Shown here: positions 25,765 through 34,972 of the stretch, in pieces
Layout of the letters: each line of letters opens with the position of its first letter
Position numbering within the stretch: the first letter of the stretch is position 1
Assembly: GCA_016189025.1 (NCBI GenBank)
Contig: JACPGS010000018.1
Location: 6,921-70,920 of the forward strand
Length of the DNA: 64,000 nucleotides
Direction: 5' to 3'
Origin: Candidatus Magasanikiibacteriota bacterium
GTDB taxonomy: Bacteria > Patescibacteriota > Patescibacteriia > Magasanikbacterales > GWA2-37-8
The notes under the pieces: generated by a model
Databases searched by the model: none
What the model was told of the DNA's origin: nothing
What the model saw: the letters and a program-made list of their open reading frames with translations, nothing else
Position numbers and translations under genes: made by a program

Positions 25765-27210
25765 ATGTTTCTTACGTTTTACGGAGCGGCGCGGGAGGTG
25801 ACCGGGTCTTGCACTTTGGTTGAGGTAGGGGATAAGCGGTTTTTGGTAGACTGCGGCATGTTCCAGGGCGGGCATTTTAACGAGGTCAAAAACGCCGAGC
25901 CGTTTCCTTTTGATCCGGCGTCGTTAGACGCGGTTTTTGTTACTCACGCTCACCTTGACCATATCGGACGTTTGCCGCTACTCGTCAAGCAGGGATTCCG
26001 CGGCACGATCTATGCTACTGCCCCCACCATTGATCTCTTGGAGCTTATTTTAGAAGACGCCCATGCGGTGATGGAGTATGATCATCGCAAACTGGGTCAC
26101 CCGGTGCTTTATGAACGCGAGGATATTGCGCAAGTGCGCGGAGCCTGCCGGAAGGTGGAGTACGGCACTCCAGTTGTCATTCCTGCCCCCGATTTGTCAT
26201 CCCCGCGCAAGCGGGGATCCAGACGAGGGCAGGCTGCAGTAGGGATTTCATTGCTGGATTCCCGCTTACGCGGGAATGACATCAAAGTCGTCTTTCACGA
26301 CGTCGGCCACATCCTTGGTTCCGCTTTTATTGAGATTAGGGCCAACGGCAAACGCGTGGTATTTTCCGGCGATATCGGCAATGCTAATGCCCCCATTGTG
26401 CGCGATACCGAACCGCTGCCGCCGGAGCTGGATGCGCTGGTTTGCGAATCCACCTACGGCAATCGCATTCACGAGTCGGGGAGTCTGCGCCAGGAAATTA
26501 TTGAACGCGAGGTGCTGGCGGCTTTGCGCCGGGGCGGAGTATTGATGATTCCTTCGTTTTCGCTGGAACGCACGCAAGAGCTGATTTATGAACTCAATAA
26601 TTTAATTGATCGCGAGCATCGCCTGCCGGTGGTGCCGATTTTTCTGGATAGCCCCCTGGCTATCGGCGCCCTTAAAGTTTATCGCCAATATCATCAGTAT
26701 TATGATGAGGAGGCCACGCGTTTGTTCCAGGGCGGCGACGACCTGTTCCAATTCCCCGGACTGCAGCTGACCGCCACTACCGAGGAATCCAAACGCATCA
26801 ACCAAGTGCCGGCCCCCAAAATTATTATTGCCGGCGCCGGGATGATGAACGGCGGGCGCATCGTGCATCATGCGCTGCGCTATTTGTCGGATCCTAAAAG
26901 CACGCTCCTTATTATCGGCTACCAGGCCGCCGGGACTTTGGGGCGGGAAATTTTAGAGGGCAATTCGCCGGTGACGGTAATGGGGGAACGCGTTCCCGTA
27001 CGTTGTAGAGTGCGGGCAATCGGCGCCCTGTCGGCCCACGCTGACCAGGAAAAACTACTGGACTGGATCGGCGGCGGTCTGGCCACCCCCAAAAAAGTTT
27101 ATTTGAATCACGGCGAACCGCCTGCCAGCGAGGCGCTCGCCAAACGTCTGACCGCGGAGCTTGGCATTAAGGCGACGGTGGTGAACCATGGTCTTAAAGT
27201 GGAGGTGTAG
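25765..27210 (+). CDS. Beta-CASP metallo-beta-lactamase-fold ribonuclease (RNase J / CPSF-like)
   Basis: MBL motifs (GSCTLVEVGDKRFLVDCGMFQG…THAHLDHIGRLP) and C-terminal beta-CASP and RMMBL regions. Carries an in-frame PE insertion. Confidence 0.8.
   Translation: MFLTFYGAAREVTGSCTLVEVGDKRFLVDCGMFQGGHFNEVKNAEPFPFDPASLDAVFVTHAHLDHIGRLPLLVKQGFRGTIYATAPTIDLLELILEDAHAVMEYDHRKLGHPVLYEREDIAQVRGACRKVEYGTPVVIPAPDLSSPRKRGSRRGQAAVGISLLDSRLRGNDIKVVFHDVGHILGSAFIEIRANGKRVVFSGDIGNANAPIVRDTEPLPPELDALVCESTYGNRIHESGSLRQEIIEREVLAALRRGGVLMIPSFSLERTQELIYELNNLIDREHRLPVVPIFLDSPLAIGALKVYRQYHQYYDEEATRLFQGGDDLFQFPGLQLTATTEESKRINQVPAPKIIIAGAGMMNGGRIVHHALRYLSDPKSTLLIIGYQAAGTLGREILEGNSPVTVMGERVPVRCRVRAIGALSAHADQEKLLDWIGGGLATPKKVYLNHGEPPASEALAKRLTAELGIKATVVNHGLKVEV
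26196..26280. repeat. PE palindromic element inserted in-frame in the RNase gene
   Basis: gtcatCCCCGCGcaaGCGGGGatcc…ggattCCCGCttaCGCGGGaatgac. Translated in frame as …LSSPRKRGSRRGQAAVGISLLDSRLRGNDIKV…. Confidence 0.6.
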
Positions 27211-27270
27211 GGTATTGACAAGTATTTTTGGGATGGTAAGATAAAATAGTCTTTTGAATATTTTTTAAGT

Positions 27271-27519
27271 ATGGATGAAGATAAGGTAATTTTAAAATTA
27301 TTGGAACACGATGATCGATTGGAGCGGATTGAGCAGCGGATGGCGACGAAGGATGATATTAGAGAGGTCATGAAAACTCTAGAGGTTGTTGTGACCGAAA
27401 TTAAACGAATCCGTGAGGATCATGTTTTTGCTATTGAATGGCTTAAACGTCTGCCATCGCAGGTGGAGCGGCAAGAAGATGATATCCGTCAGATTAAGTT
27501 GAAATTAGCGATGGCTTAA
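27271..27519 (+). CDS. Small charged coiled-coil protein (82 aa)
   Basis: Heptad-rich, highly charged sequence. A weak terminator hairpin (CCCGACcaaGTCGGG + T-run) follows at about 27534-27560. Confidence 0.4.
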   Translation: MDEDKVILKLLEHDDRLERIEQRMATKDDIREVMKTLEVVVTEIKRIREDHVFAIEWLKRLPSQVERQEDDIRQIKLKLAMA

Positions 27520-27712
27520 GGGTAGTTATCCACAGTCCCGACCAAGTCGGGGCTTTTTTGTTTTGGTTGAGCGAAAAATAAAGTGGGGGGAGGTGGTTGA
27601 CGCGGTTATAGAAGTGGTGTAAAATGGATATTAGTGGGGAATTGTGGTGAAATGGTAAAAATGCTTGTCTTACCATACTTGCCTCGCCGTTGCGGCTAGG
27701 CGTTTTTCCCCT

Positions 27713-28144
27713 ATGTTCATTGGCGAATACACTCACAATCGGGACGAAAAAGGGCGGGTGGCGATACCCGTTAAATTTCGCGCCGCTTTGCAAAAAGGGG
27801 CAGTGATCACCCGCGGCCTGGACAGCTGTTTGTTTCTCTTCACTAAATCCGAGTGGGAGAAACTGGCAGGTAAATTGGCTGCCCTGCCCTTAAGCCAGGC
27901 TAACAGCCGCGCTTTCGCCCGTTTAATGCTCGCCGGCGCCATGGCGGTTGAGGCGGATCGCCAGGGGCGGGTGATGCTGCCCGAGTACCTGCGTGACTTT
28001 GCGCGCCTCGGCAAGCAGGTAGTGATTGCCGGCTTGTACACGCGGCTGGAGATTTGGGATGCCGCCGCCTGGCAGCGGTATAAAGCAGAGACCGAAGCCG
28101 AGAGCGGACCGATTGCCGAGCAATTGGCAGAGCTGGGGGTATAG
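27713..28144 (+). CDS. mraZ: Transcriptional regulator MraZ
   Basis: MFIGEYTHNRDEKGRVAIPVKFR… and a second MraZ half (…ADRQGRVMLPEYLRDFA…). Start placed at the internal ATG. An upstream TTGACG-17-TAAAAT promoter is visible at about 27601-27630. Confidence 0.85.
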   Translation: MFIGEYTHNRDEKGRVAIPVKFRAALQKGAVITRGLDSCLFLFTKSEWEKLAGKLAALPLSQANSRAFARLMLAGAMAVEADRQGRVMLPEYLRDFARLGKQVVIAGLYTRLEIWDAAAWQRYKAETEAESGPIAEQLAELGV

Positions 28145-28149
28145 TTTTT

Positions 28150-29073
28150 ATGCCTCATGTGCCGGTCTTGGCGAGCGAAGTGATTACCGCGTTACAACTT
28201 TGCTCCGGGATGCTGGTAGTGGATTGTACTCTGGGAGACGGCGGACACGCCGAGGCAATTCTGGAAGCGATCGGCCCTAACGGGAAATTGCTGGGATTAG
28301 ATGCGGATGCCGAATCGTTAGCGCGCGCCGGCAAGCGGTTAGCGCGTTTCCGCAAGCAAATAACTTTGGTAAACGATAATTTTGCTCATTTAGAGAAGAT
28401 AATTCAGCAACAAAAATTCGGCCCGGTCAACGCTATCCTGATGGATTTGGGCTGGTCCTCTACCCAGTTTGCGGAGAGTGGTCGCGGGTTCAGTTTCCAG
28501 GGCGATGAGCCGCTGGATATGAGATATGATCCGGGAATGACACGAGAGACGGCGGCGGAGATTGTGAACCGATTCAGCGAGCCGGAGTTGATGAAAATTT
28601 TTAAACAGTACGGCGAGGAGAAGTTTAGCCAAGCCATTGCCGCGGCGATTGTAAAGGAACGTCAACGCCTCCCGATCGCGCGCACCGGGCAGCTAACAGA
28701 AATTATTTTGGCGGTTTATCGGAACCAATTAAAGAGTAAAAAAGAAGTTCCCTGGGTGGGCGGGTTGCATCCGGCAACTAAGATATTCCAGGCTTTGCGG
28801 ATTGCGGTGAACCACGAGCTGGAGGCGCTCCGACAAGCATTACCTCCAGCCGTGGCCGCGCTCGCCCCCTCGGGACGGCTGGCAATCATTACCTTTCATT
28901 CATTAGAAGATCGGATTGTAAAGCAATGGTTTGCCGCGGCGGCGCGGCGGGAAGAAGTGAAATTGATTACTAAAAAGCCGCTGGTGCCGAGCGCGGCAGA
29001 AATCGCCGCCAACCCTCGCGCCCGGAGCGCCAAATTGCGAGTAGTGGAGAAAGTTGTCGCTCGGTCGCGGTAG
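28150..29073 (+). CDS. rsmH: 16S rRNA (cytosine1402-N4)-methyltransferase RsmH
   Basis: HVPVLASEVITAL…VDCTLGDGGHAEAIL… and the FHSLEDRIVK motif. Its stop codon lies inside the family-A repeat. Confidence 0.9.
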   Translation: MPHVPVLASEVITALQLCSGMLVVDCTLGDGGHAEAILEAIGPNGKLLGLDADAESLARAGKRLARFRKQITLVNDNFAHLEKIIQQQKFGPVNAILMDLGWSSTQFAESGRGFSFQGDEPLDMRYDPGMTRETAAEIVNRFSEPELMKIFKQYGEEKFSQAIAAAIVKERQRLPIARTGQLTEIILAVYRNQLKSKKEVPWVGGLHPATKIFQALRIAVNHELEALRQALPPAVAALAPSGRLAIITFHSLEDRIVKQWFAAAARREEVKLITKKPLVPSAAEIAANPRARSAKLRVVEKVVARSR

Positions 29074-29160
29074 ACACCCTCCGTGCTCTCCCGACTTGAG
29101 ATCGGGATGCGCGCGTAGGGAACCCGTCTACCACTCCCTCGCTCATTGCGTAATTCAGAG
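29053..29160. repeat. Family-A structured repeat overlapping the 3' end of rsmH
   Basis: gtcgctcggtcgcGGTAGACaccctccgtgctcTCCCGACTTGAGATCGGGAtgcgcgcgtagggaacccGTCTACCActccctcgctcattgcgtaattc. Confidence 0.55.
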
Positions 29161-29179
29161 TTATTACAAACTCAACGAT

Positions 29180-29542
29180 ATGACTTTTAGGCTCCGCCTA
29201 AAATATCAGCGCCGCGCCCTGCAGACTGCCTGGCATTCTTTAGGGATATTCCGTCTCCTAGGCGGCGCGAACGGCCGCGCCGGTTTGTTGCTCGCCATCA
29301 TTATGCTGACGGCTGGATACGTTTGGAAAACTAGCCAGCTTTCCACCGGCGGCTTTATTGCCCAAAAGCTGGAGCGCGAAATTAAAGAGGCCGGCCGCGC
29401 CGTGCAGGCAATGGAGAGCGAAGCAGCGCAGCTGCAGTCGCTTACCAGCATTGAGGAGCGCCTGCAGGGGACCAATTTAGTCGCGGTTACCAACATTCGT
29501 TATCTCAAAGCAGCGCCGTTGACGGCTCTCGCCGGTCGGTAA
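29180..29542 (+). CDS. FtsL-like cell-division protein (single TM helix + coiled coil)
   Basis: Position after mraZ-rsmH. TM segment LLLAIIMLTAGYVW followed by a coiled coil. The ORF-track start at 29054 lies inside repeat A; the internal ATG 29180 was preferred. Confidence 0.5.
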   Translation: MTFRLRLKYQRRALQTAWHSLGIFRLLGGANGRAGLLLAIIMLTAGYVWKTSQLSTGGFIAQKLEREIKEAGRAVQAMESEAAQLQSLTSIEERLQGTNLVAVTNIRYLKAAPLTALAGR

Positions 29543-29620
29543 AATCGGCCTTTAATCTGGCATACCAGAAACTGGTATGTTTTTTTATTTATTGCTATAA
29601 TGAGGGGGTAATTTCTTCCT

Positions 29621-29971
29621 ATGTTTCTAATTGTCTTAGAGCGCCTGGCGATTGAAGCAATTTTGGATTTATTTTATTTTCCCCTTTGGTGGTACAGCGG
29701 GGGGCTTAACTGGGCCGGACTGCAGTGCCTGGGATTATTGCGGCGCGGCAATCGGCGGCTCGCTCCCGGGCTGTGGCTGCGCAATATTTTCGTGCCGATG
29801 TACGGGCAGTACGACTGGCAGGGGCGGGCGATCAGCATTTTTATGCGTCTGGTAAATGTCATCGGCCGCAGCATTGCGCTGCTCGGCTGGCTAGTGGTAT
29901 GTTGGGGATTATTTTTAGTCTGGCTGCTTTTGCCGGCGGCGGCGATACTAGGTATTATTGGTAAATTTTGA
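29621..29971 (+). CDS. Hypothetical small membrane protein
   Basis: Three hydrophobic helices and a W-rich sequence. Confidence 0.35.
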   Translation: MFLIVLERLAIEAILDLFYFPLWWYSGGLNWAGLQCLGLLRRGNRRLAPGLWLRNIFVPMYGQYDWQGRAISIFMRLVNVIGRSIALLGWLVVCWGLFLVWLLLPAAAILGIIGKF

Positions 29972-29985
29972 AGATAAAACTGTAA

Positions 29986-30158
29986 AATAATTACTCAACC
30001 AGGTAGCATCAGGGCGCGGCAGACGAGTGTCTTTGGGCGCGCACCCCGATTAAATAGGGGGAGCGCCCTATGAGTGTCTGCCGCGACCGACCAGGCAGGC
30101 CGGGCAAGAGCGACAGCGCCCTGACGAATAATAGTATTGTCGGCATTCTTTTCCAGCC
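29986..30158. repeat. Family-B MITE-like repeat, inverted orientation, degenerate TIRs
   Basis: Reverse complement of …GGCAGACACTC…CCCAAAGACACTCGTCTGCCgcgccctgatgcta…, flanked by aaactgtaaaataat and cattcttttccag. Confidence 0.5.
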
Positions 30159-30190
30159 TCAAAATATGTTAACTTCATTCGCAGTCACTT

Positions 30191-32953
30191 ATGTTATTTG
30201 AAAAACAACCTTCCCTGCCTTTGCTCGTCTGCGCTACCTGTCGCGGGGTGGGGCAGCTGCGCTTCCGGCGCTGCCCCGAGTGCCGGGGGCTGGCCGCTGT
30301 TTATGCGCCGCGGGGCCGCTTGCTGTTTTGGCACTACCCGCTGGAGCGGTATCATTTGGCGCTCGTGGGGGCACGCCGGGTATTCAATATCGTGCGCCTA
30401 ATCATCGTCGCGGTGGTAGGCGCCAATTTTTGGTTTTGGGCCGCGATGATTTTTTACCGGCGTCTCGGCGTCCTGGCCAACGTCAGTGTTAGTAGTCTGG
30501 CCAGCGCCCTGCGCAAATCCGACGACGTATCAGTATTATTCTGGCTGGGCTTATTAACTCTGCTTTATTTAGTCAGCCGGTTGATTCGGGAGCGGCAGCA
30601 CCCGGCAGTGGTAGAGCCTTACCACTACGGCAAAGAGCGGGAAGAGAAACGCCTGGCCGCCGAAAGCTGGAGCGCGGCGCGGCGGGTACCAAGCCGCCGG
30701 CGCCTGAATATCGCCCTCACCTTTACCGATGAGGCGCGCGCTGCCCTAGGGGCGGCCTATCGCTTGGCGGATCGCTATACTTATAATCAGGTTACCGCCC
30801 TCCATCTAATTTATGCGTTATTATCCTTCAACCGCATCAGCAACATCTTTATCCGGTTAGGCATTCCGGCGCGTTCCTTAGCCGAGGCGTTAAAGCCGTT
30901 ATTATCCCGCCGCACTACCACCACCGGCGGCCGCCATACGGCGCCGATAGCGGGCGAAGAATTTTTCCAGATTTTGTTTGCGGCGTATGAAGAAGCCTAT
31001 GCGGCGCGCCAGGACTATGTAAGCGTTACCGAACTTTTGGTCGCCGCCATCAAAGCCTCGTCCGAGATTCAGGAAATTCTTTACGATCTGAACGTAGTAA
31101 AACAGAGATTGCTGAACGTGGTGGAGTGGGCCAGAATCCGCGAGCGGCTGTGGCGCCAGTATCGCGAATTCCGCAAAGTGGCGCGCCGGCGCTCGGCTAA
31201 AGGAATGGACCGGGCAATGACGGCGGTGGCGACTCCGTACCTTAATCAATTCAGCGAGGACTTAACTTTGCTCGCTCAATTCGGCCACACCGAACCCTGT
31301 ATTGCCCGCGAGCGCGAGATTGAAGAAATTTTTCGCGTGGTGGAGGGCGGCCAGCAAAGCGTGCTATTGGTCGGCGATTACGGCACTGGCAAGCGCAGCG
31401 TGATTGAAGGGATTGCCGAGTTGATGGTGGCGGGCAAAGTGCCCGGGCGGTTGCGCGACAAGCGTTTGGTGCGCTTGAGCATCTCCACTTTGCTTTCCGG
31501 CACTACGCCCGCCGGCGCGGTAGAGCGGCTGATCAGAATAATGAACGAAATCGCCCGGGCGCGCAATATCATTTTGTTTATTCATAATCTGCACGAGCTG
31601 GTGGGGGTATCAGCCGGGGGGAAACAAAGTTTGGATGTGGCCGGCACGCTCGGCGAATACTTAAGCGGCGGCCGGTGGCTAACCCTTGCTACTACTTCTA
31701 CCGAGGCCTATGCCCAGCTGATTGCCCACACCCAGCTTGGTACCGTATTTACCAAAGTGGAAATTCCGGAAATGGACGAGAATCAGGCCATCCGCGTTTT
31801 GGAATCCAAGGTGGGTTATGTAGAACACAAACACCAGGTATTTTTTTCCTATGATGCGATTGAACGAGCCGCCACCCTGGCGCGTAAATTCCTGCGCGAC
31901 GTAACGCTGCCGGGGAGCGCCCTGGAACTGATGACCGAAGCCGCCAGTTTTACCCGCAGCCAGAAAGGAGCTAATTCTTTGGTAGCGGGCGAAGCAGTGG
32001 CCGCGGTGGTGGCGCAGAAAACCGGCATTCCCGTAACTAGCGTCGGCGCCGACGAAACCGCCAAACTCCTGGATTTGGAGCGCGAATTACACCGTCGCGT
32101 GGTAGGTCAGGACGAGGCGGTTACTTTAGTGGCCAATGCCCTGCGCCGGGCGCGGGCGGAAATCCGCTCCACCAGCCGCCCCATTGCCAACTTCCTTTTT
32201 CTGGGGCCGACAGGCGTCGGGAAGACAGAGCTCGCCAAGACCATTGCCGCCGTGTATTTTGGCGGCGAGGAGCGGATGATCCGGCTGGATATGAGCGAAT
32301 ACCAGGATAAGAGCAGCATTTACCGCTTAATTGGCGCGCCCGGGGAAAAAGGCACCGGAATTTTGACCGAAGCCGTGCGGGCGCGCCCGTTTGCCCTGCT
32401 TTTGCTGGATGAAATTGAAAAAGCGGATAAGGACGTGCTTAATTTGTTTCTGCAGGTGATGGACGACGGCCGCTTAACCGACAGCAGCGGCCGGGCAGTG
32501 GATTTTACCAATGTCATTCTGATTGCCACTTCCAATGCCGGCACCCAGTATGTGTTAGAGCAGCTGCGCCAGGGCGTGGCGACCGAAGCGATTAAAGAAA
32601 AATTGTTGCACGGGGAGCTGGCGCAATACTTCCGGCCGGAGTGGCTGAACCGGTTTGACGGCATTGTGCTGTTTAAATCGTTAAGCCGCGAGGATATTAG
32701 GCAGGTGGCGGGCCTGATGCTAAAGCGTCTGGCGCGCGATCTGGAGACTAAAGGCATTGAGTTGGTAGTGACCGACGCGGCGCTGGATTTTCTCTCCGAG
32801 GTGGGTTGGGATCCGGAATTCGGGGCGCGGCCGATGCGCCGGGCGCTGCAGGAGAAAGTAGAAAACGAGATTGCCGCTCTCTTGCTCGCCGGCAAACTAA
32901 AACGCCGCGATACGGTGGAATTGGGCGCGGGCGGCAAAATCGCCGTGCAGTAA
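30191..32953 (+). CDS. ClpA/ClpB/ClpC-family AAA+ ATPase with N-terminal zinc-ribbon and TM segments
   Basis: CATCRGVGQLRFRRCPECRG at the N-terminus, two hydrophobic helices, two Clp_N repeats, a D1 domain (VLLVGDYGTGKRSVIEGIAELM) and a D2 domain (FLFLGPTGVGKTELAKTIA…LLLDEIEKA…). Confidence 0.75.
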   Translation: MLFEKQPSLPLLVCATCRGVGQLRFRRCPECRGLAAVYAPRGRLLFWHYPLERYHLALVGARRVFNIVRLIIVAVVGANFWFWAAMIFYRRLGVLANVSVSSLASALRKSDDVSVLFWLGLLTLLYLVSRLIRERQHPAVVEPYHYGKEREEKRLAAESWSAARRVPSRRRLNIALTFTDEARAALGAAYRLADRYTYNQVTALHLIYALLSFNRISNIFIRLGIPARSLAEALKPLLSRRTTTTGGRHTAPIAGEEFFQILFAAYEEAYAARQDYVSVTELLVAAIKASSEIQEILYDLNVVKQRLLNVVEWARIRERLWRQYREFRKVARRRSAKGMDRAMTAVATPYLNQFSEDLTLLAQFGHTEPCIAREREIEEIFRVVEGGQQSVLLVGDYGTGKRSVIEGIAELMVAGKVPGRLRDKRLVRLSISTLLSGTTPAGAVERLIRIMNEIARARNIILFIHNLHELVGVSAGGKQSLDVAGTLGEYLSGGRWLTLATTSTEAYAQLIAHTQLGTVFTKVEIPEMDENQAIRVLESKVGYVEHKHQVFFSYDAIERAATLARKFLRDVTLPGSALELMTEAASFTRSQKGANSLVAGEAVAAVVAQKTGIPVTSVGADETAKLLDLERELHRRVVGQDEAVTLVANALRRARAEIRSTSRPIANFLFLGPTGVGKTELAKTIAAVYFGGEERMIRLDMSEYQDKSSIYRLIGAPGEKGTGILTEAVRARPFALLLLDEIEKADKDVLNLFLQVMDDGRLTDSSGRAVDFTNVILIATSNAGTQYVLEQLRQGVATEAIKEKLLHGELAQYFRPEWLNRFDGIVLFKSLSREDIRQVAGLMLKRLARDLETKGIELVVTDAALDFLSEVGWDPEFGARPMRRALQEKVENEIAALLLAGKLKRRDTVELGAGGKIAVQ

Positions 32954-32955
32954 AT

Positions 32956-33972
32956 ATGGCCTGGTATTTTGTTGCCTCCCTGGCGTTGTCCGCTTTGTTT
33001 ACTTATGTTGTTAAGGGAATAGCGGCGCGGCGGCAGATTGTTGACCGCCCGGATGCCGCGCGCAAGCAGCACCCGGCGCCGGTGCCGCTGTGGGGCGGCC
33101 TTGCCATCTGGTTGTCATTTTGGCTGCCGACGGTTTATCTGTTATGGCGTCCCCTGCTGGGGGTAGAATTAGTGGCCGGGAAATTATGGGCGGCGCTCCT
33201 CGCCAGCGCCATAATTATCGTGCTTGGAGCGATTGATGATATTAAGCCGTTATCAATCCGGCGGCGCTTAGCAGTTACCGCCGTGGCGGCCGGGGGGGCC
33301 GTGGTATTAGGTTTAGGATTAGAGCGGATTAATGTTCCGGGCGGAGTCTGGCTGCTGCCCTCGGCGGTGGGCGGCGGCATCGTCTTCAGCTGGCTGATGG
33401 GAATGATGTATACCACCAAAATTTTGGACGGTCTGGATGGTTTGGCGACGGGGATTGTTACGATTGGAGCATTAGCAATTTTTTTATTTACCCAGACCGC
33501 GCGCTATTATCAGCCCAATGTGGCGCTCCTCGCTTTAATCCTCGCCGGCAGCTGCCTGGGGTTTTTAGTGTGGAATTTTTATCCGGCGAAAATTTTTTTG
33601 GGAGAAGCCGGGAGTTTGTTTATTGGTTTTATGCTGGGGGTATTGGCGGTAATCTCGGGCGGCAAACTGGCGATTGCCGCGCTGGTAATGGCCGTGCCGG
33701 GGCTGGATTTGCTGCGGGTAATCTGGCGTCGGCACCAGCGCGGGCAGTCTATTTTTCAGGGCGATCGCGAGCATCTGCATTTTCAGCTGGTGGACCGGGG
33801 GTTCTCAGTTCGGCAAGCGGTTTTCCTCCTTTATGCGATCGCGGCGGCGCTGGGCGCTTTCACCTTGTTTCTTCAGAGTCAGGGGAAGGTGGCGCTCCTT
33901 TTGGTGGTGGTGATATTGATGGCTTTGGTGGGCTGGAGGCTGGAGCGCACGAAACCCGTGGCCAGTAGTTAG
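32956..33972 (+). CDS. Polyprenyl-phosphate N-acetylhexosamine-1-phosphate transferase (WecA/TagO/MraY family)
   Basis: DRPDAARKQHPAPVPLWGGLAI (WecA-type) and TKILDGLDGLATG motifs with about 10 TM helices. Start placed at the internal ATG 32956. Confidence 0.7.
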   Translation: MAWYFVASLALSALFTYVVKGIAARRQIVDRPDAARKQHPAPVPLWGGLAIWLSFWLPTVYLLWRPLLGVELVAGKLWAALLASAIIIVLGAIDDIKPLSIRRRLAVTAVAAGGAVVLGLGLERINVPGGVWLLPSAVGGGIVFSWLMGMMYTTKILDGLDGLATGIVTIGALAIFLFTQTARYYQPNVALLALILAGSCLGFLVWNFYPAKIFLGEAGSLFIGFMLGVLAVISGGKLAIAALVMAVPGLDLLRVIWRRHQRGQSIFQGDREHLHFQLVDRGFSVRQAVFLLYAIAAALGAFTLFLQSQGKVALLLVVVILMALVGWRLERTKPVASS

Positions 33973-33988
33973 TAGCTTTCACCTTTTT

Positions 33989-34456
33989 ATGTCCTCGGAA
34001 CGCGAACTTAAACATTGGCACCTGGTGGTGCTGGCCATAATCATCGGCATCGCGCTGATTTATCGGGTGTATCAATCAGTTTGGCCTAAAGCAACGGTGG
34101 AGATTGGGGGGGCTACCCGGCGCGTTTTGGTGGCGGATAACTACCAGCGGCGATACCAAGGCTGGAGTAACCGCGATAGTATGGGGCGCTGGGGAGGGAT
34201 GCTGTTTTTATTCCCCGATCGCGGCGATCACCCCTTGGTGATGCGCGCCATGCAGTTTCCCCTGGATATTATCTGGCTGGATGGGAACACGGTAGTGGGG
34301 CTCGCGGAGCGGGCGCTGCCCGAAGCCGGGCGGCGCGAAGAGGATTTAACCGTATATCGCGCCGGCGCCCCCTCTGATGCAGTATTGGAATTGCCGGCTG
34401 GGTTTGTGGCGCGACAGGGAGTAAAGATTGGCGATCGGGTAAAGGTTGAGGATTAA
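33989..34456 (+). CDS. DUF192-domain protein
   Basis: …LFLFPDRGDHPLVMRAMQFPLDIIWLDGNTVVG… is the typical DUF192/COG1430 core. It has a signal anchor. Confidence 0.55.
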   Translation: MSSERELKHWHLVVLAIIIGIALIYRVYQSVWPKATVEIGGATRRVLVADNYQRRYQGWSNRDSMGRWGGMLFLFPDRGDHPLVMRAMQFPLDIIWLDGNTVVGLAERALPEAGRREEDLTVYRAGAPSDAVLELPAGFVARQGVKIGDRVKVED

Positions 34457-34517
34457 TGCCCTTGACTATTTGTTTAGGATGGTTCATAATCTACCCTGAT
34501 TAGAATTGCCTTAGTTA

Positions 34518-34606
34518 AGTCGCTCGGTCGTGGTAGACACTCTACGTGCTCTCCCGACTTAGTCGGGATGCGCGCGTAGAGTTCTCGTCTACCACTCCCT
34601 CGCTCA
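34518..34606. repeat. Family-A structured repeat
   Basis: gtcgctcggtcGTGGTAGACactctacgtgctcTCCCGACTTAGTCGGGAtgcgcgcgtagagttctcGTCTACCActccctcgctca. Confidence 0.55.
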
Positions 34607-34638
34607 GAGTCTCGTTCATAGTTTTTTCCTTATCCCTT

Positions 34639-34944
34639 ATGCTCGCTGTCATCGCCACCGGAGGCAAGCAATATCTGGTAAAAACCGGCAATATCCTAAA
34701 AATAGAAAAACTGCCCGCGGCGGCGGGAGCTTCGGCTACTTTTGATCAGGTATTATTGACTGCCAATGATGAGGGGGGCGAAGTTAAGGTGGGCACTCCT
34801 TATTTAGCAGGAGTAACCGTAGCGGGGAAAGTCCTGGCCCAGGGACGGGCAAAAAAAATGCGGGTGGAAAAGTTCAAGCGGAAGATCCGTTATCATAAAG
34901 TTTACGGTCATCGCCAGCCCTTCACCCAGGTACAGATTGTTTAA
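34639..34944 (+). CDS. rplU: 50S ribosomal protein L21
   Basis: MLAVIATGGKQYLVKTGNILKIEKL…HRQPFTQVQI. Start placed at the ATG 34639 after the repeat. Confidence 0.85.
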   Translation: MLAVIATGGKQYLVKTGNILKIEKLPAAAGASATFDQVLLTANDEGGEVKVGTPYLAGVTVAGKVLAQGRAKKMRVEKFKRKIRYHKVYGHRQPFTQVQIV

Positions 34945-34972
34945 GAAAAAAGACGCCCGCTCGGGCGTCTTT

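Noticed and set aside
29054-29179. N-terminal extensions of ORFs 29054, 34546, 38471 and 43737 into family-A/B repeats
   Set aside because: The extensions translate to the same peptides in unrelated genes (…CARREPVYHSLA…; …RPKTLVCR(A/S)LMLT…) because they read through repeat copies. Internal ATGs just after the repeats were chosen as the starts.
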